Virus record (IMG/VR): IMGVR_UViG_3300030103_000728
Location: 1 to 56,567 of that record
Reading direction: 5' to 3' (one strand)
DNA length: 56,567 nucleotides
Origin: a virus
Lineage: Duplodnaviria; Caudoviricetes
The position numbers and the translations under genes were made by a program. Shown piece by piece: positions 20,601 to 29,410 of this stretch. Each line of letters opens with the position of its first letter. Position 1 is the first letter of the stretch. Under the pieces are notes generated by a model. The model was not told the origin of the DNA. It did no database searches and saw nothing but the letters and a program-made list of their open reading frames with translations.

Positions 20601-21620
20601 GAAGCTGTTACTGAAATGGTAAAACCTTTCGGGGATGAGTCTATGCTCACCGAAAGATTGTTAGATTCAACGTATCGGCAGGGTGTTACTGGCACAGGAG
20701 CGCGTGTCTACAGAGACGTAGATACCCCCGGCACCAAGGCTTACAAAAGTCTTTTCCATATAGCCGAAGCATTTAATCCTGGCGGATCTCCTGTAACATT
20801 TAAAGCGCAGGAAAAAACAACTCAGACTGGTGGTTTTGAGTTTGGTAGGTTTTTGCGTGGCACACTCCCTGACGCTATGGTCAGCGACAAAGACGCTGCT
20901 GGAAACGAAAGAAGCGCGGCGGAGGAACTTCTTCGTGCTGTGACAGGACTGGGCGAAGTCAAAGTAAAGCCAGACAAAATTGCCATGTACTCATCTTTTG
21001 ACTACAGCAGTAACATAACAGGTGCCCGCCAGATTTTTAACACAGCAGTTAAGACTCAAGGTGCCTTGTCCGATAGTGATGCTACATCTGTTTACCGAGA
21101 CGCTAATGACGCACTCCTCAGAGTTCAGAACAGAATGTACCAGACCGTAAATGATATGCGGGCGCTTGGCATGAGAGATAGCGAAATCAGAAGGTCGCTA
21201 AAAAAATATAAGGTTGGTGACGTAACAAATCTTATGCGTGGTAAATTTACACCTATGCAGGTTAGTGACGAAACTAGAAGAGCGGTCAGAGATAACGGCA
21301 ACCGCTTGCCTATGAGTGAGATACGTTCAATTCAAAGAGAGTACAGAGGAATAGAACTTGGCGGAGAGGAAGAAGAAACTCGAACCTTGGACGCTGGGGT
21401 TAGCGCACCCATCGTAATGCCCCCTAGCCTTACATCTAGCACCACTCAACCATCTCCCGCAGCGGTGGTCGCTCCCACTGCGGGACAGGGGGTCGGAGCG
21501 CAACAGACAGCCCCTGCTGCTCCGACCTCCAACACCACGATTAGAAATAATCCAGCCTTACTTGGGTCAAATCCAATTAATGTCCTGAAGAACATGATTA
21601 TAGGTCAAAGGAATCCATAG
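17679..21620 (+). CDS. Large internal virion/ejection protein
   Basis: 1313 aa, largely helical; last large gene of the structural arm, like podovirus core proteins. Confidence 0.6.
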   Translation: MAKTFLEQMQEELEASTSTPTSTDFASTNRRRELTDENEGTLQEIGEGIVSGVLAVPQGILELGGSAIDLVADTNYAQNVDDMFAGIRAAGGIDPVGTPGEIAEVVTQFVVPGLGVAGAVGRMGALSNVSKTTRAAAQAGAAGVTDAVVSTNGTTTIGDFFGGGPTETTDLIGLEGREAAAARIGNKLKVGFEAAGATALVEPTFKALGLVGGTAARIASKPAIVGTATQKLMEASTALSTRGGEFAEKLLGEENFDAVKSVFRARGNLPQDVFEVRSLISGRVQAEANIAARTLKDLGKNIDKAYKGVEEVMVNGTSLTRADLNNDLYGYLTGEISEKALPDFIKVQAKAMRDQVDGLSNRILNSDYLSKSDQQDIIDTIKGNIGSYIRRKYRLFEDGKGFMQTAEFKKGKADTIKLFEKNPDIYRQFHDQIIGFDDLSGLSKVDEGVFVGVGKSQKVSRQAAEDLTEKLLAASQAKKGKYAKNVGVNRVVVDKLRTDLFKARNSQPEAIRRMLGEVKDPQEAFISTIEDMAVFSATDDFLGYIANKAGDSGEILTKEAYARLPNELKEQYEVLGPAKKGAADYWGTASGLAVSNNMYKDLTRIVANDTSSMGNLARSSYSAFLRAKGITQFGKTVLSPVTQVRNVTSAALFALAQGNVGRGANVFESFNMVMNNIRKKSTAEQLEEYAKLQRLGVIGNQAQLKEIDRLINEGYGVTRDADEVIAGIRVGKNAGNKFTQSSAAQFLNKKLDVAREYYQGGDDLWKIYNFNFEKNKILSAFGTELEATKALRASKQITETQTLDDYAADIVRNTVPNYERVPAFVKGLRKLPLGNFIAFPAEILRTSANTLKQSLDELASGNARVREIGMRRLTGLMSTTMILPAAIQQTAMGLTGVSQEQLDAARRSAAPWSRNSRLIPTSVDEDGNLTGYVDYSFTNPYDYLQRPIQAIFNAVKDGQDLGKDTGSIATNAVLEAVTEMVKPFGDESMLTERLLDSTYRQGVTGTGARVYRDVDTPGTKAYKSLFHIAEAFNPGGSPVTFKAQEKTTQTGGFEFGRFLRGTLPDAMVSDKDAAGNERSAAEELLRAVTGLGEVKVKPDKIAMYSSFDYSSNITGARQIFNTAVKTQGALSDSDATSVYRDANDALLRVQNRMYQTVNDMRALGMRDSEIRRSLKKYKVGDVTNLMRGKFTPMQVSDETRRAVRDNGNRLPMSEIRSIQREYRGIELGGEEEETRTLDAGVSAPIVMPPSLTSSTTQPSPAAVVAPTAGQGVGAQQTAPAAPTSNTTIRNNPALLGSNPINVLKNMIIGQRNP

Positions 21621-21621
21621 T

Positions 21622-21720
21622 ATGTTAAACTGGCTGAAGAGTTTATTGTTTTACAAACACACAGGCGATATGAGCCGGCACAGAGTCCATACTGCTAAGT
21701 ATGAAGACCTGTGTATGTAA
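21622..21720 (+). CDS. Small hypothetical peptide (32 aa, not in ORF track)
   Basis: MLNWLKSLLFYKHTGDMSRHRVHTAKYEDLCM*; fills the gap before the lysozyme. Confidence 0.45.
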   Translation: MLNWLKSLLFYKHTGDMSRHRVHTAKYEDLCM

Positions 21721-21731
21721 CGAGGTTAGCT

Positions 21732-22184
21732 ATGAATAAAGATAGATTGCGCGAGGAAATCGCAGAGGACGAAGGCTGCAAGTACGAAATTTATTTGGAT
21801 CACCTTGGTCTACCCACAACGGGTATCGGTCATTTGATTACAGAGTCGGACCAAGAACACGGCAAGCCTGTCGGTACAGTGGTCGAACAAGAGCGGGTCA
21901 AGCAACTGTTCAACCTCGACATGGCTGTTACGGTAGAAGAGTGCAAGGTTCTGTACCCAGACTTCGACGAGCTGCCCGAAGAGTGTCAGCATATCATTGC
22001 AAATATGATGTTCAACATGGGCCGTCCTAGACTCAGCAAGTTCAAGGGTATGAAACGTGGTGTGGACGCTCGTGACTTTATGGCAGCAGCCGACGAGATG
22101 GTCGATTCCAGGTGGTATACTCAGGTTCCCAACCGCGCAAGACGCTTGGTCGAGCGTATGCGGGCACTTGCAGAGCTTGAGTAA
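21732..22184 (+). CDS. Endolysin, T4-type lysozyme (GH24)
   Basis: Catalytic E-x8-D-x5-T in EDEGCKYEIYLDHLGLPTTGIGHL; NMMFNMG; SRWYTQVPNRARRL; SD GAGG before ATG 21732. Confidence 0.9.
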   Translation: MNKDRLREEIAEDEGCKYEIYLDHLGLPTTGIGHLITESDQEHGKPVGTVVEQERVKQLFNLDMAVTVEECKVLYPDFDELPEECQHIIANMMFNMGRPRLSKFKGMKRGVDARDFMAAADEMVDSRWYTQVPNRARRLVERMRALAELE

Positions 22185-22229
22185 GTAACTAAAATCATTA
22201 GATAAAAATGTCGATTCTCGTGGACTTCG

Positions 22230-22490
22230 TTAAGGGGTGCCGTGTCCTAGTACCTTGAGGTCGCTGAGAATCGATGTTTTATGCTTGGTGGTTGTGTCAA
22301 CCTCGCACCTCGCACCCCGGACGTAGTGAATAGCACCTATTGTCTCGTCGTTTTCTATTGTGACGATCATATCAGCTAATCTGTCGCTGCACACAGCGAT
22401 GCTTTCATATGGTCCGCGAGTATCGTCCGCGATAAAGCAAGCGTCGGGACGAGCTATCAGGCATATCATCAACGCTGCTTTGAATAACAT
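22230..22490 (-). CDS. Hypothetical protein with hydrophobic N-terminus and Cys residues
   Basis: MLFKAALMICLIARPDAC...RGPYESIAVC...RC. Confidence 0.5.
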   Translation of the reverse strand: MLFKAALMICLIARPDACFIADDTRGPYESIAVCSDRLADMIVTIENDETIGAIHYVRGARCEVDTTTKHKTSILSDLKVLGHGTP

Positions 22491-22491
22491 A

Positions 22492-22644
22492 TCAACTCTC
22501 GTCTATCGGAAGCCAGACAAGATAGAACGCATTGCAGTTAGGGCATGACAGGTTGGACTCAATCATTGCCCCACCCTCATCATCTTCTGCATCGTGATCT
22601 CCGCCCCAGATAAGCTCATGCTCACAATGAAAACACCGGATCAT
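22492..22644 (-). CDS. Small Zn-ribbon protein (50 aa, not in ORF track)
   Basis: MIRCFHCEHELIWGGDHDAEDDEGGAMIESNLSCPNCNAFYLVWLPIDES*; ATGA overlap with the polA stop. Confidence 0.65.
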   Translation of the reverse strand: MIRCFHCEHELIWGGDHDAEDDEGGAMIESNLSCPNCNAFYLVWLPIDES

Positions 22645-24509
22645 CCTACCTCTCCCCAGTTGTCACCAAGCTCGGCATCTACCTCAAACGGAACCTTCAA
22701 GCCATCAACGCATGTCTCCATGATTTCTTTAATACGTTCCGCCTCGTCCTCTGATTGTACACTAAAGCATAGCTCGTCGTGAACTGTTAACATTGGCACA
22801 AGACCCTCTGCGTAGCAGTCAACCATTGCCTTCTTTGTTTGGTCGGCGCTTGAACCTTGGATCAGTTTGTTGAGAGCCTTGTAAGTAAACGCTCTACGGA
22901 TGCGGCCCTTGCCGCCGTACTCTTCTGCTGCTTCCTCCAGCTTCATAGCCTTGTTGTAGCCAAATGACTTTGGCTCCCACATATCGAAGCGACACTTCCG
23001 CCCCAGCCATGTGCGAATCTTACCATTGTCCATCGCTGCTTTGGCAGCAGCATCCGCCATGCCTTTAACGAAAGGAACCTTGGAGTGATATCCCTCCATC
23101 AGTTCAGTTGCCTCATTGAGGTCGATGTCTAGCACACCAGCCAGCTTCTTCTTGCCCATGCCGTACATGATACCAAGGTTTACTGTCTTTGCTTCCTTGC
23201 GTGTAATTCCAGCAAGATCTGCCACCATCTGGTGAAAGTCAGCGTCACCCTCTTTGTATGCGGCAACGACGCCCTCGACAGATGGGTGGGGGTTTGGCAT
23301 ACTAGCACAGTAGTGAGCAAGCCAGCGCGGCTCCTGGGCCGAATAGTCAAAGCTTCCCCATTTACACCCTTCTTCGGGTATAAACAAACCACGAATCATC
23401 GCTTTGATTTCTGGATCTCTCGCTGGGATTTGCTGGAGATTCGGGTTGGACGACGAAAATCTTCCTGTAACTGTGCCCCCGTCATCTGTACGAAGAGGAT
23501 GAAAATCACAATGGATACGACCATTATGCGCATGATTAAGAATAGTCTCGACAAATGTCGTGTTGGCCTTGTTAAACTCGCGCAGGCGTACAATCTTTTG
23601 CGCGACAGGGTGCGTATGATTCGCCAGAAAGTTCTTTGTAAAGGAGGGCGCATTAGATCCTTCTGTCCTGTTGTAAGAAAGACCCAGACTGTCAAACACC
23701 TTTGCTACAGATGCAGCAGCCCACGGCTCCACGGCGATGCCGGTCTCTTCCTTTATTTCTTTAAGTAGAGCTGCCTCACGTTTCCTCAGATCTTTCTTGA
23801 CCAGCTCTGCTTTGTCTAGATCTACCCGCACACCCTTTGTCTTCATGTCAAGCAGCACGGGCAGCAGCCCGGACTCTAACGCAAAGATGCTGGTAACCTC
23901 ATCTTTATTTATGTCTATACTCAGTCTGTCCCATAGTTTGAGGGTAACAGAAGCGTCCTGCTCCGCGTATCGACCTACGAAACAGGAGTCTAGCTTCCAC
24001 ATCTCGCTCTTTGGATCGACGCCATGCATAGACGCCGCAGACCGCAGCATCTTCTCGTTCTTCCACTCACCAAGATATTCGCCCGCCAGCGAGTTCAGGT
24101 TATAGAACCTGCGATTCTCGTTGAGCAGCGGAGCTGCAATCATTGTGTCGATAATTTTACCCTTCACTTCGATACCAGCCCAGCGCATCCAGCCAAGATC
24201 GTACATGGCATTGTGCATAACCTTCTCAATGTGAGGCGTGTCCATCTGTTTCTTTAGCCAGTTAACTACCATGCGCTCTGGCATGTTTCCGGACTCATGC
24301 CGCACCGGGAAATAACCGACGAAGTCCCCCGCAGCCACAGCGTAACCAATAACGTATCCGTCGTTTCGGCACCATCCTGGACCCAACGTCATCAGGTTTG
24401 GGTCGCGAGTCTCTAGGTCAATGGCTATCCTGTCACAGTTGGTGAGATCAGGAAACGTGGACGGGGGTGACCAAGTGTCCCCCTCATCTTCAAACAAATC
24501 AGCCTTCAT
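22641..24509 (-). CDS. polA: DNA polymerase family A with 3'-5' exonuclease
   Basis: Exo I AIDLET, HNAMYD; TVTGRFSSSNPNLQQIP; motif A DYSAQEPR; motif B RKEAKTVNLGIMYG; motif C TVHDEL; probable start MKADLF at 24509. Confidence 0.95.
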   Translation of the reverse strand: MKADLFEDEGDTWSPPSTFPDLTNCDRIAIDLETRDPNLMTLGPGWCRNDGYVIGYAVAAGDFVGYFPVRHESGNMPERMVVNWLKKQMDTPHIEKVMHNAMYDLGWMRWAGIEVKGKIIDTMIAAPLLNENRRFYNLNSLAGEYLGEWKNEKMLRSAASMHGVDPKSEMWKLDSCFVGRYAEQDASVTLKLWDRLSIDINKDEVTSIFALESGLLPVLLDMKTKGVRVDLDKAELVKKDLRKREAALLKEIKEETGIAVEPWAAASVAKVFDSLGLSYNRTEGSNAPSFTKNFLANHTHPVAQKIVRLREFNKANTTFVETILNHAHNGRIHCDFHPLRTDDGGTVTGRFSSSNPNLQQIPARDPEIKAMIRGLFIPEEGCKWGSFDYSAQEPRWLAHYCASMPNPHPSVEGVVAAYKEGDADFHQMVADLAGITRKEAKTVNLGIMYGMGKKKLAGVLDIDLNEATELMEGYHSKVPFVKGMADAAAKAAMDNGKIRTWLGRKCRFDMWEPKSFGYNKAMKLEEAAEEYGGKGRIRRAFTYKALNKLIQGSSADQTKKAMVDCYAEGLVPMLTVHDELCFSVQSEDEAERIKEIMETCVDGLKVPFEVDAELGDNWGEVG

Positions 24510-24783
24510 CGTTGATGATCTCCCCGCCCAACGCTGCGTACCCAATGATGTCTACCCATGAATCATCCTTGCTAATGTCCTCTGCCAGTCTTGCCAGCTT
24601 CAAGCCCACCATACAGGCCACCACCTCTTCCGGTGTAATTTCGGACGATAATTTACCCCGTAGCAGAATCGTCCATATGTCTGCGATACGCTGGTGGTTC
24701 AGCTTTGCAGGACCATATTCCTTGGCCCTCGGACCGTTGATCAGTGACTCTGCTTCCTTGAGGAAGTCTTCTCTCGTTTTCAT
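24499..24783 (-). CDS. DUF6378-like phage protein
   Basis: PRAKEYG...NHQRIADIW...VVACMVGLKLARL...DSWVDIIGYAALG. Confidence 0.7.
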   Translation of the reverse strand: MKTREDFLKEAESLINGPRAKEYGPAKLNHQRIADIWTILLRGKLSSEITPEEVVACMVGLKLARLAEDISKDDSWVDIIGYAALGGEIINDEG

Positions 24784-26303
24784 ATCTTGTACCTCGGATT
24801 CCCTGATTCAACTATGTGTAAGTTTTTCTTGGCCCTCGTTGCTCCCACATAGAAACAACGGGCTTCGCCATCTTGGTCGAGGCTTTTTTCGCAGGCTGTG
24901 TTGGTCTCGGTGAGAAGGATTACATTATCCGACTCCCCACCTTTCGCGGCATGAATCGTCGATAGACGAATCCTCGGCTTGGAGTTCCCCAGAATCTTCT
25001 CCCCACTCCGGCGAACTGAGGTGATGTATGTCACCTCCCTGTCCGACACCTTGATCACCTGCGACCAGTGTGTCTCTCGTGTAACGAGTAAGCTGCACTT
25101 CTCTATAATGTCGTCGAGAGTGTAGGTTTCTTCGGGGTCTAAATTGTTCAAACGTCGCTTCCCAGCCGGGGTTATAGCTTCCTTCCTCATAAACTTGCCA
25201 AATTGTTTTAGTTCCTCGGATGAAAACGTCTCTCCTCTGCATAGCCGTAACCATACCTCCAGTGCTTCTAAAGTGTTAGGGGATACAGACCATCCGTTTT
25301 TACCTCGGCCTTCGCGCCAGAACACGAAGCCTTGCTCTTTGAGCATGGTGCCAACTCTGTTGACGATGTTGTTTGTTCTACCAAGAATCAACCACTCACC
25401 AGACCGGATGTCTACGTCCAGTATATCATAGTGCCAATTGACTGATCCATCGTGATCATTGGGTGACCAGTGTTTTTCTTGCCGCAAGCTCACTCGTTTT
25501 ACGATGTTTTGCGCGACGTTATACACTGGTGCGGGAAGCCTGTATGACTTACTCAATACTCTCACGTCATCACAGGACTTCATAAAATCTTGAACGTCAA
25601 CGCCCATCCAAGAATAGATACACTGGTCATCGTCGCCCGCATAATATGTGCGCTCGGACCTCGGAACTAGAATGTCTTTCACCATGCGCCACTGCAACGG
25701 AACCAAGTCCTGTGCCTCATCAACGATCAGCAGATCGAAATGCGGACCCTCCCCGCCTTCAACAAACTGCTCAATCATGTCCACGAAATCCATCTTGCCC
25801 TTTGCACTTTTATAAGATGTAAGCGCACCGTCTATAACTCTGAGTTGACGCAACTGAATCCGCCAGTCGTTTAACTGATGATACTGTGTCTCAACACTGA
25901 CCTGCCTTGCCCTAGCTAGGTTGATAAGATTCAGATACGCATCCCCACCCCTCCCTGCTTTGAACAGTAGCCCGTCGTCCATTGTAAGAGATGCATGAGA
26001 CGAGAACGGGAGTCCCACCAGAGTAGAAAGCTCAGTGTAGTCAGCGCCCTTCATCACGTCCTGTGATCTAAGGCCGAGGTATTGGAACGCCATAGAATGT
26101 AAAGTCCTGAAATGCGTTAGGTACTTTGGGTCGATTCCAAACTTCTGTAATGCTCTTTCTTTTGCTTCCGTTGCAGCCTTCTTACTGAACGAAACAAAAC
26201 CTATGCGGCTTGGGTTCATGCCGCCCTGCAAGGCATCATCAACAATGTTCAGCAGCGTAGTTGTCTTGCCTGTGCCCGGTGGGCCAAAGATAGTTGTTTC
26301 CAT
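24780..26303 (-). CDS. SF1 (UvrD/Rep-like) DNA helicase
   Basis: Walker A GPPGTGKTT; FRTLHS; DEAQD; GDDDQCIY; STIHAAKGGE; YVGATRAK. Confidence 0.92.
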   Translation of the reverse strand: METTIFGPPGTGKTTTLLNIVDDALQGGMNPSRIGFVSFSKKAATEAKERALQKFGIDPKYLTHFRTLHSMAFQYLGLRSQDVMKGADYTELSTLVGLPFSSHASLTMDDGLLFKAGRGGDAYLNLINLARARQVSVETQYHQLNDWRIQLRQLRVIDGALTSYKSAKGKMDFVDMIEQFVEGGEGPHFDLLIVDEAQDLVPLQWRMVKDILVPRSERTYYAGDDDQCIYSWMGVDVQDFMKSCDDVRVLSKSYRLPAPVYNVAQNIVKRVSLRQEKHWSPNDHDGSVNWHYDILDVDIRSGEWLILGRTNNIVNRVGTMLKEQGFVFWREGRGKNGWSVSPNTLEALEVWLRLCRGETFSSEELKQFGKFMRKEAITPAGKRRLNNLDPEETYTLDDIIEKCSLLVTRETHWSQVIKVSDREVTYITSVRRSGEKILGNSKPRIRLSTIHAAKGGESDNVILLTETNTACEKSLDQDGEARCFYVGATRAKKNLHIVESGNPRYKI

Positions 26304-27832
26304 TAAAACGGCACCTCCGCTTCTTTAACCTCTACCGACGGCACTTCAACCTGAGAAGTGAACTCCGGCACATGCCAAACTCGTATGTTTTTCCACTCAC
26401 CTTTTGAGTCCTTAAATTTCTTAAACCCATTAGCCTTACCATCAGGGTTCATCTCTTTCAGACGTTCCTGTATTTGCCCACGACTATAGCTATCGAAGCG
26501 GTGGTTCCGCAGATATTTAATTAAAGCCTCAATCCTAAAATATGTGATGCCTTCATCTGTCCACGGCTTACCAAGAGATAGCTCCTCTGGGCTTGCAGCT
26601 TGAACTCTACCGACACAGAATTCTTCCAGATAATCAACAAACTGTCCCTTATAGGTCAGTTCCTCTGGCACATCTATCTCGCTCATGTCCTCCATCATCA
26701 TCGAAACTAGGTCTTGCCAGTCTGCCATCTTCAAAAGTGGTGGCATAATCCTGACCTGTTCCATGCAAGCCTTCTGAAACTTTTGTGGAGTCTGTAGCTC
26801 TTCAGTGGTCAACTCGACGCGGCTACCATCAACATCACAGAACCAGACAGGTGGCTCGGACTTAACCACGCACAGCCCTGTGATGTCTGCGCTTGCCCTG
26901 TTGCCCCCAACCCCATGCTTCCTTGTCTTGCACAATGATTTGTTGCAGCGAGACTTCAGCGGCTCCTGCTGGCAGGGGTAGCCGTACTCTTTCTTCTCGT
27001 GCTGCTGCTGTATGGTGACGATCTCTGACGCAGGCAAAGAAGGCTGCACATACTTTGTGTTGATCTCCTCCAGCCTAGATTTCCAGCTTTCGGGCTGCTC
27101 TTTTTTGCAAGCCACACATGCCGCAAACATCACCGTGTTTCTTGTACCCTCTGGCACACCATCAGAGAACATACCCTGTAGGCATGGGGGGTACTCGTTG
27201 AACTCATCAATGCTGTTGCCAAGTTTAGTGTTCACAAATTCTTTGGGTGTACACTTGCGCTTCTCAACTAACTCAACAAATTCCTCCAGCGTAGCATCCT
27301 GACCATCTTCCTTGACCGCATACCTAGTGGTCTGCTCGTGGTCAAAGTACGGCAGGTTGATGAAGTTACCAACATCTCCACGCTCGACGAGAATCTGCTC
27401 TTGCTTGGGAAATATTTCGCACCCACCATACCCAAGAAACGCAGAGATCTCGCCGGCCTTGTCACGAAATTCTCCGGCACTTATCTCTTCGGTAAAGAAA
27501 AAGAATATATGCGCACCGCCTGACTTTGATCGGCAAACGATGCACGGTATCTCACTCTCCCGCAGCCTGCGATCTATCGCAGCGAGGTCAAGAGGATACT
27601 GGTCAATGTCAAGCGCACCAAACAAGCACTTGTTGTTTTCCTTAATAGGTATAGATCCCACGCCTCGGGCACCGCCGAGATGAGACTTAACGAGATCAAG
27701 CGTCAGTGGTTGTCTGACGATACGAGAGTTCGCTTTCTGCTTACCAGCGCGTCTCTCTTCTGATATTTGTGTCTGTCCATGTGCGCCGCTAAAACCATCA
27801 AACGCCGCCATGAACTTTTCTTCTAGGTTCAT
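26303..27832 (-). CDS. AEP-superfamily primase/primase-polymerase
   Basis: DxD (ALDID), RSKSGGAH, GNFINLPY; PriCT-like PPCL...EGTRN; Cys cluster. Confidence 0.8.
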   Translation of the reverse strand: MNLEEKFMAAFDGFSGAHGQTQISEERRAGKQKANSRIVRQPLTLDLVKSHLGGARGVGSIPIKENNKCLFGALDIDQYPLDLAAIDRRLRESEIPCIVCRSKSGGAHIFFFFTEEISAGEFRDKAGEISAFLGYGGCEIFPKQEQILVERGDVGNFINLPYFDHEQTTRYAVKEDGQDATLEEFVELVEKRKCTPKEFVNTKLGNSIDEFNEYPPCLQGMFSDGVPEGTRNTVMFAACVACKKEQPESWKSRLEEINTKYVQPSLPASEIVTIQQQHEKKEYGYPCQQEPLKSRCNKSLCKTRKHGVGGNRASADITGLCVVKSEPPVWFCDVDGSRVELTTEELQTPQKFQKACMEQVRIMPPLLKMADWQDLVSMMMEDMSEIDVPEELTYKGQFVDYLEEFCVGRVQAASPEELSLGKPWTDEGITYFRIEALIKYLRNHRFDSYSRGQIQERLKEMNPDGKANGFKKFKDSKGEWKNIRVWHVPEFTSQVEVPSVEVKEAEVPF

Positions 27833-27963
27833 CTCTGCCCCCTCGTGTTAGAAAGAGCAGGGGGTAACCAAATGATGATTTACCAGGGCGAGGTAAGCCC
27901 TTGCCGGGATCATTTGGTCTTTATACACGCGGCCCCCTGACCCACGTCGCAACATCCCGGCGA

Positions 27964-28764
27964 TTAGAATGGGATATCGTCTCCATCGTTATCCTGCTTC
28001 TTAGTCATCTCATCACTCGTGCCAGCGGAGGTCTGTACCTCACCTGACTTGAACGACTGGAAGAAGGAACGCGCAGCCATGAATGCTGCATCTGGCACCT
28101 CGGATGGCTCTACACGGGCGATAGCATAGTTGTACCATGTACCCCTGTCGTTGCTCTCTGAGACCACTGTAAGACGCCACGCAGTGCCCCACATAGGTGG
28201 GTTAAACAGGCCATTAGGACCGTCATACTGAACCATACGCATCTGTGTGTTCCAGCGGCGTGAGACTTTGAGCTGGGTCTTCTTCATGTCACAGATAGCT
28301 TGCTGTGTAGCACCTGTCTTGGTGTCCACAATCATCACAAGATGCTGGGCTGAACGAACCAACTCATTGCCACTTGGCAGCATCTCCGCATTACCCTCGC
28401 GGGTAGTGTTGGCAAGGTCGGGATGGTTGGCAGGGATTTCACCCTGAAAGCCACCACCTGAGTCACGCAAACCAAACTCAAGATACTTGAGAGTGTACCC
28501 GCAAGGTATGACCACGACACCCTCGTCTCCATCCCAAGTCTCACCAGTAACGGTGTTGACTAGGTCACCAGCCGACGCGCCCTTGATAAACTTGGGATCG
28601 TTCTTCTGGATCTCTGGAGACAGAGCTTGCAGCACCCGCAAGAACGGGATCTGCATATCATCTGCGGTGATGCTATCCATCCCCTCACCAGCGAACTGAG
28701 CCATGTCAGCCATGATAGTTGAGGGAAGGTTTTCTTTCTTTTCTACTACTGCTGTATCAGCCAT
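27964..28764 (-). CDS. Putative single-stranded DNA-binding protein
   Basis: Start MADTAVVE after GGAG; DMQIPFLRVLQALSP; acidic tail ending DDIPF. Confidence 0.7.
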   Translation of the reverse strand: MADTAVVEKKENLPSTIMADMAQFAGEGMDSITADDMQIPFLRVLQALSPEIQKNDPKFIKGASAGDLVNTVTGETWDGDEGVVVIPCGYTLKYLEFGLRDSGGGFQGEIPANHPDLANTTREGNAEMLPSGNELVRSAQHLVMIVDTKTGATQQAICDMKKTQLKVSRRWNTQMRMVQYDGPNGLFNPPMWGTAWRLTVVSESNDRGTWYNYAIARVEPSEVPDAAFMAARSFFQSFKSGEVQTSAGTSDEMTKKQDNDGDDIPF

Positions 28765-28766
28765 GT

Positions 28767-29333
28767 CTAGCTCCTTGTGATCTTGGCTTCTGTGCCGACA
28801 AATACTCCGAAGGTATCGAAGTCTATTTCCTGACCGCTTTCTATGCGGTTCTTTACCCAAGACTTCAACGTCATAGGATGAACGTGTGTCTTCTGCGCTG
28901 GCTCCAACCCTTGGTTGCGCAGGTCATCGACCACGGCACCCGCTTGGTTGTCTTGCCCAGCAGAGAAGGATACTGTCACGTCATTCTTGATGATGTCGGC
29001 CTCACCGATAGACCGCAAGAAACCAAAAGCCTCATCGCGTTTGTCCTCGGTAATACGGGCATGAACGAACTGGCGGAGAGTAACCTTGTTACCATCCACG
29101 TCAACCCTATCCATGCCCATCTCTTCCATGAGCATAGGGATATCTTCTTCGTTCACTTTTCTTTTCTTGAACTTGAGATCCTTGAGATGCTGTTCTGCAT
29201 CCTTGATCTCCTGATCGATCTGAATAGATCGACGGATAAGGTTGGAAAGCTCCGAAGCGCCCTCCTTCCCAACTGTGTCAAACTTATCGGCGTTGACTGC
29301 CTCTTCTTCAAACAGCGAAAACACATCGCTCAT
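28767..29333 (-). CDS. Conserved replication-module protein
   Basis: EEDIPMLMEEMG...AFGFLRSIGEADIIKN...VHPMTLKSWVK; adjacent to SSB. Confidence 0.65.
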   Translation of the reverse strand: MSDVFSLFEEEAVNADKFDTVGKEGASELSNLIRRSIQIDQEIKDAEQHLKDLKFKKRKVNEEDIPMLMEEMGMDRVDVDGNKVTLRQFVHARITEDKRDEAFGFLRSIGEADIIKNDVTVSFSAGQDNQAGAVVDDLRNQGLEPAQKTHVHPMTLKSWVKNRIESGQEIDFDTFGVFVGTEAKITRS

Positions 29334-29410
29334 CGCACTCTCCTTTTAGTACAAAGTTTAAGCCCTTCGGCTTTTGGGCCGTCCGGTCAACCTGACCGGA
29401 CGGAGACGGG

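Noticed and set aside
22641-24509. HMO-2011-type PolA with a DnaJ-like Zn-finger insertion
   Set aside because: No CxxCxGxG repeats are present between the exonuclease and polymerase domains.
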